This document shows positions 25,425-38,320 of a DNA stretch of 64,000 nt, in pieces (position 1 is the stretch's first letter; each line of letters starts with the position of its first letter). A program made the position numbers and the translations under genes. This stretch comes from Hyaloraphidium curvatum SAG 235-1 (Eukaryota > Fungi > Monoblepharomycota): positions 645,541 to 709,540 of the forward strand of contig JAIVFI010000020.1 of assembly GCA_025558095.1 (NCBI GenBank), read 5' to 3'. The notes under the pieces were generated by a model, which had not been told where the DNA came from, did not search any database, and saw only the letters and a program-made list of their open reading frames with translations.

Positions 25425-26088
25425 GCGGGCCGGGGATGAGGCGCGGGTCGGCGGTCCGGGTTGTGGGCGCGTCGGCCGGAATCAACTCGAGGGCAAGACG
25501 GGATGGGGGTTCACTGTTGTCGATATGGCCGGGGGTTGGCACATGTACGTATACGACGGGCGCGGGGATACCCGTGCCGCGCACCATCAAACATCGTTAT
25601 CGTTCGTCTCCGTCTCTGCAGGGCGGGACCGGTCCGGACGTGCGGTGGAGCGAGCGCGGAAGGATCGACGGGGCGTTCCTCCGACCGGGGCGGCCATCAC
25701 CCCCGCTGCAAGCCCGCGGGACCGGAATCCCGGCGGGACGATCAATCGGCCAGGATGAGCTGCACGGCAGCCGTGAGCCCGGTTCGCCCGGCGGCCGCCG
25801 ACGTGGTGCGATTCGAAGAGCCGAGGACGGGGAAGCGTATCACCAAGGATATCACACAGCTCAAACACAGTGGCCGGACCAGGGCCACGTACACCAAATA
25901 CAGGCGTGGGCAAGGAACAAGGAGAACCATCGGGTAGGGATTCGTTCTTGCTTCGAAGCCGTCGTCTGCGGGGGACACGGGGAAGCTTTCCAGCCGTGCA
26001 GAGCGTTCATCACTCCAACGTGCACGCCCCGGTCATGCCATCAACACACGACGCGTTCAGTCGTCCAACGGTGTACACATCGAAAAAT

Positions 26089-28801
26089 CTACAGCTTCGG
26101 CGCGGTCTCCTTGTAGCGCACCTCGAAACCCTCGAACTTGCCCGTCTGCATCACCATGTCAGCGAGCCGTCTCCCATCCCGGCCGGCAAATAGCGACCCA
26201 CCTTCTTGATCCGGTCCAGGTGCCCGTACATCCTGTCGCGGTACATGATCGGCCCGCCGCCGTAGTTCTGCGCGCGGTTGACGACCTTCCGCAGCAGCGC
26301 GATGTTGCCCTCGGCGTTGTCTGGGGAACGGGACGACGTCAGCCCTGCACCACCGCACAAAAACGGAGAACGGACAGTAGCCAGGCGTACAACCCTCCCT
26401 GAAGTCGTAGTTCTCCTTGCCCGTCGCCAGCACCTCCCTGGTCCACTCCTCCTCCGCCTCCCTGGTGACCTCGAGCACGTCCACCCCCCTCCTCACGGCC
26501 TCTGCCAGCACCCCGGCGCCGAAGGTGGCCTGCAGCGAGAAGGTCGAGGTGAAGTTGGGCGAGTTGCTCGCCTGCGCGGCGCCGAAGGAGAAGCAGTTGG
26601 GGAAGCCGTGGGTGCAGGTGCCGAACAGGGTCGCGAAGCCGTCGCGGGTGTGCTTCTCTTTGGGGGTCAGCCCCTCCCGGCCGACGATGCGGTAGTCGGC
26701 CTTGACGTCGATCACGGTGCTGGGAAGGGGGTCAGATGGATGCGAAGGTGCGGGCGTGGGAAGACGTATACCCCGTCACGGTAAACCCGGTCGACCTGTT
26801 TGGGCGAACGTCAGCGCTTCCATCGAGATCCCGTGCCGGCACGGGCCTACCAGATGATGCAGTCCGTCTGGTACTCCTTCCCGTCCACGACGACCCCGCG
26901 CGGGGTGATGGCCTCGATCCCCTTGGCGTTGGAGCAGTCGACCAGCTCGACATTGGGCCTGTTGAAGCTCGGCAGGACTGGCGGGGCGGGTCAGCACGGG
27001 TCCGGCGAGGGTGAGAGGGCACACACATTCGTCGCTGTACACCGGCCTCTTGCACCTGGAGACCGTCGACGAATGAGCGGCGGGGCGTCCGGCGGCAGGA
27101 GAGCACGCACCAGAGGTTGTACCACGGCTTGAGCGCCTCGGCCGTCTTCTTGTCCTTGACCGTGTCCTCGACGCGCTTGCGGAGGCGCTGCATGAGGCGG
27201 TAGTCGCCGAGCTGGTAGAGCTGGCCCGTCGACTGTGCGCGGAACAGTCAGCTCCAGACAGAGGCGCCGAGGGCGTCGGCGCCGCCCGCCGTCCACGCAC
27301 GTATTTCTGCCCCTCCTCGTCCTTGTACCACATCTTCCTGTTGGCGTACGCGAACCACTCCTGGAACGAGTTGCTGAACCCGTCGTCGATGGGCTCCTTG
27401 CACCCCGCCACGGCGCCCTTCTGGAACTTCTCGTCGCGCGCCGCGTGCCAGCCCTTTTTGGAGGTCACCTCGCGCCACCACGCGGGGTCCGTCGACGCGT
27501 TGGCGCGGATGTCGACGGCCGAGGGGGTGCGCTGGAAGACGAGGAGCTTCTTGGCGGATTTGGCGAGGTAGGGGATGCACTGGATGGCAGTGGCTGGACG
27601 GCAGGCAGTCAGAATGGCCGACGGGAAAGGGGAGCAAGACGGGCAGACCTCCAGTGCCGATGATGGCCACGGTCTTGTCGTTCAGGCCCTTCATGTCGTA
27701 GTCGCCCGTCATGGGGTTGCCGCCGGTGTACTCATAGTCCCAGCGCGCGGTGCTGGACCATCGATGTCAGCGGGACGAAAGGGTGGTAAGAAGGCGAAGA
27801 AACCCACTGGAACTCCTTGCCCTCGAACGAGTCGATGCCGGGGACGTCGGGGAGGTGCGGACAGTTGAGCGCTGTGGGTATTGAGTCGCGCAAAGACGGG
27901 TCAGACTCAAACGAGCCAACACGAGCGACCGACCACCCACGTCCGCCGCAGACGAGCAGCCACTTGGCCGCGAACTTGTCACCCCTGTCCGTGTAACCCC
28001 TCCACACCCTCCCCGCGTCGTCCCACTTGGCCTCCACGACGCTCGTCTGGAACATGGCGTTGGGGTACAGGTCGTAGTGCTTGGCGATGATCTGGGCGTA
28101 CTTGAGGATCTCGGGTGCGCCGACGTACTTGGCGCTCGGCATGTAGCCCGTTTCCTCCAGCATGGGGAGGTACTGCCGGCGGGATCAACTGATCAGGGCG
28201 GGACGGGTCGGGCGGCGCGACGAGACCCACGCAATAGGCTTCCGAGTCGCAGGCGGCACCGGGGTACCGGTTCCAATACCAGGTCCCGCCAAAATCGCCA
28301 GCCTTGTCGATGATCTTGAAGTCCGTGATCTGCAGGGCGGTCAGAAGGCTCGCAAAGGGGGTGGGGGGAGGACGGCGACGCACCCCGGCCTCCTTGAGCT
28401 TCCCGCCCAGCAGCAGCCCCGAGAACCCGGCGCCCAAAATCACGGCCTCGGTGGTAAACTCCTGCGCCGGCCGCTCGACGTATTTCGTCCACGGGTCCGT
28501 GAGCCAGTGCTTGAACTTCTCGCCCTTGCCCTCGCCCTTCCCGGCGTCACGTCAGCGGACGGCGGCGGCGGCGCAGCGGCGGCACCCACGACGGTAATGT
28601 ACTGCTCGCTGCCATCGGTGCGGATCCGCTTGTCCCTTTCGGCCCTGTAGCGGGCCTTGAGCTGCGGCGGTCGGCCGGCGAGTCAGGAGGCGGGCTGGGA
28701 GACACCGCGTGCGGCGGCCGGCGAACCTCGTCGGGGTCAAAGTCGATCTTCCAGATGTCGTGCGGGAAGCGCTTCGTCGCGTCCTCGGTCGCCAGCGCCA
28801 T
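26089..28801 (-). CDS. Type I Baeyer-Villiger monooxygenase, intron-rich, ends PKL
   Basis: [21 protein letters not shown], FEGKEFHxARWDY fingerprint, IIGTG, VFQRTP, CKRP, CTPGY; C-terminus YKETAPKL*. Confidence 0.9.
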
Positions 28802-29105
28802 GGCGGGGGAGGGGGACAACGGAGGGATGTTCTCCTGGCCTTGCCACTCGACGTGCGCCACTTCCGTCACGATTAGTCACACGCAGATCACCCGCAAACG
28901 GGAAAAGAGGTTGGGAGACGATCTCAAATAATGGCATCGTACTCAGTGTCCAAACGTCCTGTAGGCCGGGACTGACCCAGGTGAAGGCCAGCCAATGTGC
29001 GGCTTTGCGATCGCGCCACCCCCGGCCACTAGCAGGTCCTCCGCCGCAGCTACTGTACAAAGACGTTGTCTCTCTCTGATACAAAGCAAATGCGGCGCGC
29101 CGGCC

Positions 29106-30559
29106 TCACCCGACCGCGACCCCCCCGCACGCCGTCTGCGGCCCGAACGCCAGCCCCGCGCCCCTCGCCACCGTGTACAGCCCGAGCCCGACCGTGAAGG
29201 ACGTCGCCGCCGCCGTCCGCACGACGGAGTGGTCCACCGCGGCGCCCAAGAACCTCGCGCGGGGATCCTCGGCCGCGAATGCAGAGAGCAGCGCTGCGTG
29301 GGCGCGCGCGGAGGGGGTGCCGAGGCGGAGGAGGGAGGAGGCGGCGCACGCGTAGGCCGTCCGCACGGTGGCGATCCCCGCGTTCCACGAGGCGACGAGG
29401 ACGGCGTCGCGGAGCAGCTTGAGCGCCTGCAGCGCCGCGCAGACGGGCGGCCAGAGCGGTATGCAGCCGCCGCGGAAGGCAAAGGGGAGGGCGGCGAGCA
29501 GCGACAGTACGAGGAAGAAGGCGACGAGGCCGCGGCCAAAGGAGGCGCGGACGCGGTGCGCGTGCCAGCTAGACGCGAGGGTGTCGTGCAGCGCAGCATA
29601 GGGCTCCGAGGATATCGGAACCGGCTCCGGCTGCGCTTCCCCGGGGTCCATGGCCGCGCCCTCGATCGCCGCCGCCCGCTCGCGGTCCAGCAGGTCCCCC
29701 AGCAGCACCACCACCGCGCGGTGCCGCAGCCTTTTGGCGAGCCCCAGCGGCGGGTGGCCCGTGACCGACATGGGCAGGTGCTGGCTGCCGTTGTACGCGA
29801 GCGAGGCGGCGAAATAGAGCGAGGCCAGGGAGGCGCTCCACGGCGTGTTCCAGGTCCGCGGGGCAAAGGTGACGATCGCGGTCCAGGAAATCAGGATCTC
29901 GACGGCCATTTGCACGGGAGCGTGGAAGGTGAACGTGGCGAGCAACGCCTCGGCGGCGGCGAAATCCGCCGACCGGCCCGCGCACGTGGGGGCGGGGCAC
30001 GAGCACATGCCGTCCCCCTCCCTGTGCAGCAGCAGCACCGAGCCGGGCTCGTGCCTGGCCAGCTGCGCGTACCTTGCGGCGCCGGCCCAGGGGTCCGCGT
30101 CGGCCGTCCGTGCGCCGTACTGCGCGACCATGCCGCGGGACGACAGCTGCGACGCCACGCTGCCGACGAGGCTGGCGACGATGAAGATCGCGATCGTCGC
30201 GGTGGCCAGGGCGAGCTGGTCCGCCGGGAAATCACGTTGGTGCCGTTGAATACCCACAGCGGCGCGCAGAGTGCCCCGATGTTGGCGAGGAGCAGCACGA
30301 TGAGCGGGGCGAATTTCCTCGCGATGGGCACGAGGAGCCGGTAGAGCCGCGCACACAGCCGCGCCGCGCCGTCGCCGAGCGCGCCATCGATCGCCGCCTC
30401 CGTCAGCGGGTCGGAGCCGCGGAGGGTCTGCGCGGCATCGGCCGCCGCGGGCGCGGCAAACAGCCGCTCCGCGAGGGACGGCGGCGGCGCTTCGGGGAAA
30501 ATGGCGAGCAGCTCCCGCGGCGTCAGCGTCAGAGGCGCCTTTTCCGGTGCGGGGGACAT
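29106..30559 (-). CDS. Multi-TM hypothetical protein with one apparent frameshift at ~30225
   Basis: Two consecutive hydrophobic, codon-biased frames (MSPAPEK...LWVFNGTNV and PADQLALATATIAIF...). Confidence 0.6.
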
Positions 30560-30869
30560 GGCGGACGCGGGGAAAGGCTGGGGGCGGCGGTCGGCGCACG
30601 GGCTCACGCCCAAGCAGGGACCACATCCAACGCACGTTCGGAAGCCCGATCGACGGGCACCTGTGCATGTTCCCCTTTACATCGACCCCGGTCCGGCCGG
30701 GATCGGCCGCGAGCCCTGCTCGCTGCTTGATATATGTGGAATTCAACGCCCGCCCTGCGGGCCCCCCCAACGAACGCGTGTGGTATGCCGAAGGTGGTTG
30801 GAGTTGTATCGTGCGGCCGAGCCGGTCGGTCCGCGTGGTGGAGCTGCGTTGTTATAGGGCGGAGGCCGG

Positions 30870-32075
30870 CTAGCAGTACCGCCATTGCTGGAACGCAAGA
30901 CGTCAGCACCACCTGCCTTCCGAGCACCGGAGCCGGGAAACCCACGATGGGAAATTCGGCGTCGCCCCAGTTCCCCGTGTTCCTTCCGAACGCCCTCAGC
31001 ACGGCCGGGGTGAGGTCGATCGAGCCGTACCCGCACCCCGCGCACCGGTCGCCGACCGTGACCCGCACGGTGCCGCCGCGCTCGAGGTCGCGGATCTCGA
31101 CGCAGCGGCCGCAGCCGGTGTACTGCGCGGCGTTCATGGCGACGGTCCAGGAGTTGTCGTCTGGAAGCGGGGGGAAGGGAGGAGGGAAGTCAGCGGGGAG
31201 AAGTAAGGGAGGCCGGGGGGGGGGGGCGCGCCCACCGATCCGGTTGTCGCACGAGCCCATGCACGACCACCCGTGGTTCTGCGCCGGGTCGCACGGGTTG
31301 AACCACGTCGCGCGGCCCGAGAACTGGTACTGCGGCGGCGGAGGAGGCGGCGGGGGCGCGGGGCGGCGCGTCGTGATCCGGGGGAGGTTGGCCCTGCCGC
31401 GGTCGGTCGTCCTGCGGCGCTTCGCGGTGGTGTGTTTGCCGGTGGGTGCCGGGGCGCGGCGGGTGGTCCGCCGGGGGAGGCGCCGGGAGGTGGCCTTCCG
31501 ACGGGCCGAGGTGGCCTTCCGGCGTGCCGAGGTGGCTTTACGGCGGGTGGTCGCCTTGCGGCGGGCCGAGGTGGCCTTGCGGCGCGCCGAGGTCGCTTTC
31601 CGGCGGACGGTGGTCTTTCTTGCCGGGGCATTGGGTTGCACGGGGCTGGAAAGGGCGAGGCAGGTCAGGAGATCGGTCGCGAGTCATGGCGTGATCCGGG
31701 AGTGACAGGCGAGGGCTGCCCGGTCCGGCCGGGACGGATCCCGCTCCCGGGCCTCGCCAAAAGGCATCCCGGTCACTGCCACACCGAACGAGGTGGCCGC
31801 GGCCGTTCCCGGTGTCCGTTGCCGGGACCCTGACCCCGATCTGCCCTCCCATCCTGGGAGCACACCCACATCGTGATGGGCGCCACGCGGTCGCCGGCTG
31901 TGGGCACCTCCGGCACCGGGACCTCGGTGGAATTTGCCGGCGCGTCCGCGGCCGGCGCGGGGCTTGCCAGGTCTGCGGAATCGGCCAGCTGGCCGAGCGA
32001 GGCCGCGGGCAGCATCGCGGCGGCCAGCGCCAGGAGCAGCGCGGCGCGCGGCCGGAAAAGGGCGGCGAGCCGCAT
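30870..32075 (-). CDS. Secreted RlpA-like DPBB (expansin/loosenin-like) protein with Arg-rich repeats
   Basis: Signal peptide MRLAALFRPRAALLLALAAA; FSGRATWF, GSC, VAMN, CGRCVEI, VGDRCAGCGYGSIDLT, ends QWRYC*; 3 introns. Confidence 0.85.
31480..31612 (-). repeat. 21-bp coding tandem repeat, (RRKATSA) x ~6
   Basis: TTVRRKATSARRKATSARRKATTRRKATSARRKATSARRKATSRR; units differ mostly at synonymous positions. Confidence 0.9.
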
Positions 32076-33014
32076 CGTGCGGGGGGCGGGCGGCCGAGGG
32101 GGCAGAGGGCCGCGGGAGAGAGGTGCGGTGGCGAGCGGCGGGCGGTGCGATTCGCGGGGCTCCGGTCCCGGCCCGGCCGCGATGGCGTGGCCGCGGGAGG
32201 CGGGGAGAGTGCTCGCGGGCAGTGGGCGGAGATCCGGCTCCGCTTCTCCTGCCTTTGCCCGCTGTCGTAGAATGCTTTTCGTCCTCGGCGGTGTCGGGAT
32301 GGCGGCAGAGCGGCGGCCAACGGGTCCGGCCACGGCGGGCTGGGACGCGCAGGCGGGCTGGTGCGCGGTTCTACCGAGGGTTACTTCGCCTGCATGCACC
32401 TTCCGTAGCACATCAATGCTAGTCACCGCAACCAATGCAGCGGCTCCTCGGCCCCCAGTTACGCCGTTTCCCGCCCCCAGCGTCCATCTCCGTGCCCGCC
32501 ATCGGCCCAGCGGCCGGCTCCCAAGATGGCATCTCGGGCAAACTCTCCCCCAGCCCGCCCGCATGCTAGGGCTTTCCCTCGCCGCCGCGTGCCGCCGGCC
32601 GACGGGCCACTCCATCCCATTTCACGGCCGACGGGATTCCGCAGGTGGCCGCCGTCGGCCGCGCCCTCCGGTGATTTTTCATTTCCCCGGCGCGGGGTAG
32701 TCCCGCGGGTTTTCTTCCCCGGGGGGGGCAACGCTTCGGCTCGGCATTTCGCGGGGCGCCCGTCCCGTGCCGTCGGCCAGGGTCCGGCAGGTGATTCCGC
32801 GGGACCCGGAAAGCGAAGGCGGGCGTACCGCGGCGGACAGACGGGGGACAGACACGAAGATGTGCCCTTCGTGCAGTATACCTTGCGCGCGTACTGGAAT
32901 AGATGACCGGATCGCGGCGCGAGTAAGAAGTCCCAAGAAGTGTACTGGCCAACTCGACCGTCGCGCGGCGAACTCCTTCCACCGCACTCTCCCCGAAGCC
33001 CGACCGCCCTCCCC

Positions 33015-35206
33015 CTACTTCTTCGCCTTCTTCACCGCGGCATCCACAACCTGCCCGGACCGGCATCAGCCCCTCTTCTCTCCCTCGGCGCCACGGGCGA
33101 CCCACCTTCATCATCTCGATCACCTTCTCCTCCTCCAGCCTCCTCCCGACCACCTGCACCCCGACGGGGGTGCCCTCGTACAGCTCGGGCGAGTAGGCCT
33201 TGTGCACCGCCTCCTCCATCGTGTTGGCGAACGACGTGGGGGGGGTGTTCTTGTCGGCGAGGGTGACGGCGGTGACGGGGACGACGCCGGCCGAGAGGTC
33301 CGTCACGTTGACTTTCCCGGCGGGGAACGCGGTCAGCTTCCGCACGCATCGCAACGCGGCGCGGCGCAAAGGGAGGACCCACACTGGATCGTGTACGAAA
33401 TCGCGCCGAACAGCTCGCCCGACTTGAAGTGCGGCGCCGCCGGGATCGCGCTCACGGGGGCGATGATCCCGTCGATCCCCGCCTTCTCCATCGCCGCGAG
33501 GTACTCGGCCTTGACCGTCTCGCGGTCCACGGTGCCGGCCCACACCTCGTCGAGGCCGATGGGCTTCTTGTCGTAGGCCGAGCGCACGGCGTCGTGCGGG
33601 CCGCCTTCGATCCAGTTCATGCCGGGGACGAGCGAGTCGCCGCCCGCCTTCATCAGGTCGAGGAACTGCCCCATGTAGGCGCCGAAATCGAAGAGGGAGT
33701 AGGCGAAGAGCTTTTCGGTGCTGGGGGGCTTCCACTCGACGACTGTCCCGCGGGGCAGGCGGATTCGGCGAGCGCGCGATAAAATCGGGGCAGGATCGGC
33801 GCGTACGCATCGGGGCGGCACGAAATCAGCATGCGTCCTTGGCAGACCGAGCGTCGCAACCCACCTTCATGGCCCGCGGCCTTGATGGCCGCCACCGCCT
33901 CCTCCACCGCCCGCACCACCGGCGCCACGGGCTGGATCAGCCCGTTGGTGGTGAAGTACCCGAACTTCAGCTTGGCGGGGAGCTTCACGTCCGCGTAGGG
34001 GAACGGGAGGCAGTCCGGGTCCAGGGCCGCCGAGCGGGGGCCGCAGACGACGCGGGAGTAGAGCTCGAGGTCCTCGATGGAGTTGGCCATGGGGCCCTTG
34101 ACGGGGGCTGCGGAACGGGGGTAAGTGTGTGTGAGTGGAACGGGAGGAAGGGGGCAGGGAAGTACCGATGGCGTCGGGGATGCCGATGAGGAGGGAGGCG
34201 CTGCCGGCGTAGGGGAAGCGGCGGGCCGACGGCTTGAGCCTGTGGGCACAATGCGGTTCGAAAGTCAGCCGTCGGTGCAGCGACACACCTTCCCGTCCAC
34301 CCACCCGTAGATCCCGTTCATGCCCGACGGCAGCCTGATGCTCCCCCCGATGTCCGAGCCTACGCCCAGCAGCGAGCCCCGGAGGCCCACGAGCGCGCCC
34401 TCGCCGCCCGACGAGCCGCCGGCGGCCACGCGGGTGTTGAGCGAGCCGAGCACCTTGCCCCAGACCGGGTTGTCCGACTCCCACGTCATCTGCAAACGGG
34501 CCGGTCAGGCAGACGTCGACATCCACACAGAGCGTGCTTACGAGACACTGCGGCACGTTGGTCTTGGCATAGAAAACCGCGCCCTCGTCCATGAGCACCT
34601 GCGGCACGGCGCCGTAGTTCTCCACGGGCTTGCGGCTCCACGCCGACAGGCCCCAGGTCGTGAGCTTGCCCGGCAGGTTGTTGTCGTCCTTGAGCGACAC
34701 GGGCAGGCCGTGCATGCGGCCGAGGGGCTTGCCGGAGGCGGCAAAGTCGGCGTCGATCTGCTTGGCGCGGGCGATGGCCTCGTCGAAGAAGACTGGGGGC
34801 GATCAGGGGGTGGAGGTAAGGGGCACGGCGGGGGCGACCCACTCTCGGTGAGGCAGTTTGTGTAGGCGTGTGCCAGGGCGGCGCGGTGGCAGATTGCCGT
34901 GACCAGCTCCTCGCTCTTGAGCTTGCCGGCCACCATGAGCTGCGGGGGGCAGGAAAGGGAGACATTTCAATTAGGACCGTTACAAGGGCAATCCTAACCC
35001 GTGCAGGCGATTACCTCGACGGCCTTGACGGCGGTGAGTTCCGTCAGCTCCCTCTCGCGTGGGCTCAGCGCGGCCTCGACCGCCTTGAGCGGGTGCGGCC
35101 CGGCCTTCTCGACGTCGGCGGCGGCGACGCGCCACGCGGCGGGGATCTTGTCCAGCTGCGCCTGGCGCAGGGCCGCGTTCTCGCTGCTCGCGTCGCCGGA
35201 CGGCAT
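33015..35206 (-). CDS. Amidase-signature family (acetamidase/FAAH-like)
   Basis: HGLPVSLKD, KTNVPQ, GGSSGGEG, GSDIGGSIR, PVGVQVVGRRLEEEK; multiple introns. Confidence 0.92.
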
Positions 35207-35649
35207 CTTCGGATGGCGGGGAGGGAAAGATGTGGCGAGTGAGTTGGGAGCGTTGGCCGGCGGCGAGGCGCGGGGGCGCCGATGCGGGCTCCGCCGCGCA
35301 CTGTGGCAAGGAAACTTCTGCGGGCTACCCCTCGTCTACCCATTCGATCCGAAGCGCTAACTTGTGTCTGATGCGTTGTTTTCGTCCCCGGGCCGGCGGG
35401 TCTTCTTTAATCGGCGGCGTGAGCTGACCGGTGTCGGCGGGCGCCATAATCCGATCCGCTGGCCTGCTAGCTCACCGGAATCCATGCGACACAAAGGGTT
35501 AGGACGGCTATCTCGATGACAATGCTGGGGGCTGGCAGTGTCATCCGCTCCATCTCGCGGAGGTCGGCCGGCGCGCCCCGGGATGAGCCTATTCCCCCGC
35601 CCCCGCGCCACGCCCGCATCCCCACGCCAATCGCCCCCACCCCTCCCGC

Positions 35650-36846
35650 ATGGTCGACTGGCGCTCCGTCGATGTCGCGTCGTTCCTCCCGCCGCCGTCG
35701 GGCCGCCCCGTCGCGGTGGTCGGCGGCTCCGGATTCGTCGGCCGCAACGTCGTCGCGCTCCTCCTTCTCGCGGGGGAAGAGGTCCATAACCTCGACATTT
35801 CCCCGCCGCGGACGCCCGACCCGCGCGTGCAATTCCTAAAGACGGACATCCGCGACCCCGCCTCCGTGCGCGCCGCGCTCGCCTCGCGCCCGTTCGGCAC
35901 CGTCTTTCTCGTCGCAGCGCTCCTCTCGTACGCGAAAAGGCACGACTCGGAGCTGCAGCCCTCGATCGACGTCAACATCAACGGAACAAAGAACGTGATC
36001 GACGCGTGCCGCGACCTCGGCATCCCCTTCCTCGTGCAGACCTCGACCTCCAACGTGGTCATCGGGTTCGACAACCCCCGGATCGTGGACGGCGACGAGT
36101 CCCTGCCTTACACCACAAGGCCGTTCAACCACTACTGCCGGACCAAGGCCGAGGCCGAGAAGCTCGTGCTGGCCGCCGACGGCACCCCTTCCCCGTCGGG
36201 GGGTCCGCCGCTCCGCACGTGCGCCGTCCGCCCGGCCTCGACCATCTTTGGCCACCGCGACGGCACCCTCCTGGACCTTCTCGACGCCGGGTACCCGATG
36301 ATGGCGCAGGACCCCGAGGGGATCATCGACTACACCCCCGTCGAGAACGTCGCGCTGGGGCACCTCCTCGCGGCGCATTCCATGCGGAGCGGCGGGGGCG
36401 CCGCCGGCAGGGCGTTCCTGGTGGGCAACAGGACAATCACCCACGCGCAGTTCGCCGGCCTCGTGCGGGTGCATCTGCCCAGTTTGAAGCTCCACACGAT
36501 GCGCTTCCTCTATCCGGTGGCATGGCTATCCGATACCCTCCATTGGATGATGCCGCGGACGTCGCTGGGCAGCGTGCTGGACAAGCTCACCCTCGCCACG
36601 TGGGAGCTCTCGAAAGCCACGTACACGTTCCGGTCGGACGCCGCGGAGGGGGTGCTCGGTTACAGGTGGGTCCCGTCACGTTCGAGCAGCAACTTGGCCC
36701 TGGCTGATCGGATCGGCGGGGGCAGGGAGATGTACAGCGTCGCGCAGGGGCTGGCCAAGGCGGCCGATGGGTATGTGGAGGAGGGGAGGGGGGCGTTCGC
36801 GGCGGCGGCGAGGGCGAGGGAGAGGAAGGAGGACAAGGCCGGATGA
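35650..36846 (+). CDS. 3-beta-hydroxysteroid dehydrogenase / NSDHL-ERG26-like extended SDR
   Basis: GGSGFVG, VNINGTKNVIDAC, TSTSNV, YCRTK, VENVALGHLLA; probable in-frame intron ~36666-36725. Confidence 0.85.
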   Translation: MVDWRSVDVASFLPPPSGRPVAVVGGSGFVGRNVVALLLLAGEEVHNLDISPPRTPDPRVQFLKTDIRDPASVRAALASRPFGTVFLVAALLSYAKRHDSELQPSIDVNINGTKNVIDACRDLGIPFLVQTSTSNVVIGFDNPRIVDGDESLPYTTRPFNHYCRTKAEAEKLVLAADGTPSPSGGPPLRTCAVRPASTIFGHRDGTLLDLLDAGYPMMAQDPEGIIDYTPVENVALGHLLAAHSMRSGGGAAGRAFLVGNRTITHAQFAGLVRVHLPSLKLHTMRFLYPVAWLSDTLHWMMPRTSLGSVLDKLTLATWELSKATYTFRSDAAEGVLGYRWVPSRSSSNLALADRIGGGREMYSVAQGLAKAADGYVEEGRGAFAAAARARERKEDKAG

Positions 36847-37237
36847 TGCCGATGGATGCGGTGGTTTTTTGCTGCTCGGTGCTCGGGCTGGGCGACGTCG
36901 TTCCGACGCGATGTGAGGACGGCGGCATCGGAGCGAGTTCCGGTTTTCGCGGCGGGCGGCCAGCCGCCTGTGCCCGCCCGTCAGCGCGTCCCCTGAACCC
37001 CGCCGTCGCACGCGGCGCGGAGCCCTTGCGCGGATGCACCCGATGCCTTTGATGGAGTTGCACTCGACTGGTTTAAGCAGGCAGGGATGCGCGCAGCCGC
37101 GGTTGGAACGGCGTCCCTGCTTATTGCGTCCCCGAGCCTCGACGCGCGGACGGTGTCCTTGTCCCCATCAGGCCCCACTCCACCCCGCGCCCCAAACGTC
37201 TTAGTCCTCCAGCAACCAGTCTTGCCGCAGACCCGCG

Positions 37238-37881
37238 ATGCGCGCGTTCCCGGCGCTCCTGGCCGCCCTGGCCCTCCTCGCCGCGCCGGCGGCGTCGACG
37301 TGGGCGCGCCGCGCCGCGACCCGCGGGACGCGCTGATCTGCTCCGCCCCGCGCGCCGCAGCCCGACCCCGGCGACCACCGCGATCTTTAAGCGCACGTGC
37401 GCCGAGTGCGATCCCGCCCTCGCTTGGTGCGCCCCCCCATCCCCACTCCGCTCCATCCCTCACCTCATCCCCTCCCCCCCTAAAGCGAATTCGGCTTCCC
37501 CGGCGCCCCCGAAGACCACGTCGCCTGCATCTCCCAGCCCGCGGCCCGGAGCGCGCTGTACCGCCGCTACGCCGCGCAGTGCCCCGCCGGCACCGAGGCC
37601 TGCTTCGACGGCTGCGTCGACACGCAGACCAACAACAACAATTGCGGCGGATGCGACGTTAGCGGGTATGCCTGCCCCTTTGTGGCGATCCCCGTTGACC
37701 CTCCGGTCCCGCAGTGTGCGACGGCGGCATGTCGTGCCAGGGCGGCGGCTGCCAGTGCGATGTGGGGGAGGAGTGCGGCGGCGTGTGCGTGGACACGGAG
37801 GAGAGCAACCAGCATTGCGGGGGGTGCAACCAACGGTGCACTTTGCCGGAGACGTGCCAGGGGGGGATGTGCATGGAGTAG
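37238..37881 (+). CDS. Small secreted Cys-rich protein with two Stig1-like repeats
   Basis: Signal peptide MRAFPALLAALALLAAPA; CFDGCVDTQTNNNNCGGC and CGGVCVDTEESNQHCGGCNQRC; internal exon structure only partly resolved. Confidence 0.7.
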
Positions 37882-38320
37882 TCGGGGGAGGTCGGACTTC
37901 GGTGTCGCGGTGCCGTTGGCGGGAGTTCAATCACGTCGGGGCGGACGCCTGTGCTTTGGAACTTTGATTGCTCATTGGCATCCATGCGCGGACTCCGGAG
38001 GGCAGTATCCTCCTTCCTTTCCGGGGCTACACAATCCTCCTCAGCTTGGATGAATTGGATGAATCAATTTGAGAGAAGGGGTCTTAATCCGGGCGGGTAC
38101 GATTCGCTCGTCACCCGCTATTCCATCCGGCACGAAGCTCGACCCGCGATCAGCGGCACGGTCTCGGGGAGGAACTCGATCGGACCGATCACTTTGGAAG
38201 CCTCGGGCCGAGCGAGGGACGGGGGACGGGTGGCGAACGACACCAGCCCGTGCGCCCTCGGCAAGGGCGCGGCAACAGTAAAACCGCCCGCGCCCCTCAA
38301 TCGACTCACCGACCACCACG

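Noticed and set aside
25700-26000. Basic ORF fragment VVRFEEPRTGKRITKDITQLKHSGRTRATYTKYRR as a mobile-element relic
   Set aside because: Too short; no catalytic motif, terminal repeats or target-site duplication seen.
31480-31612. CRISPR-like array
   Set aside because: Contiguous coding repeats without spacers, in a eukaryotic context.
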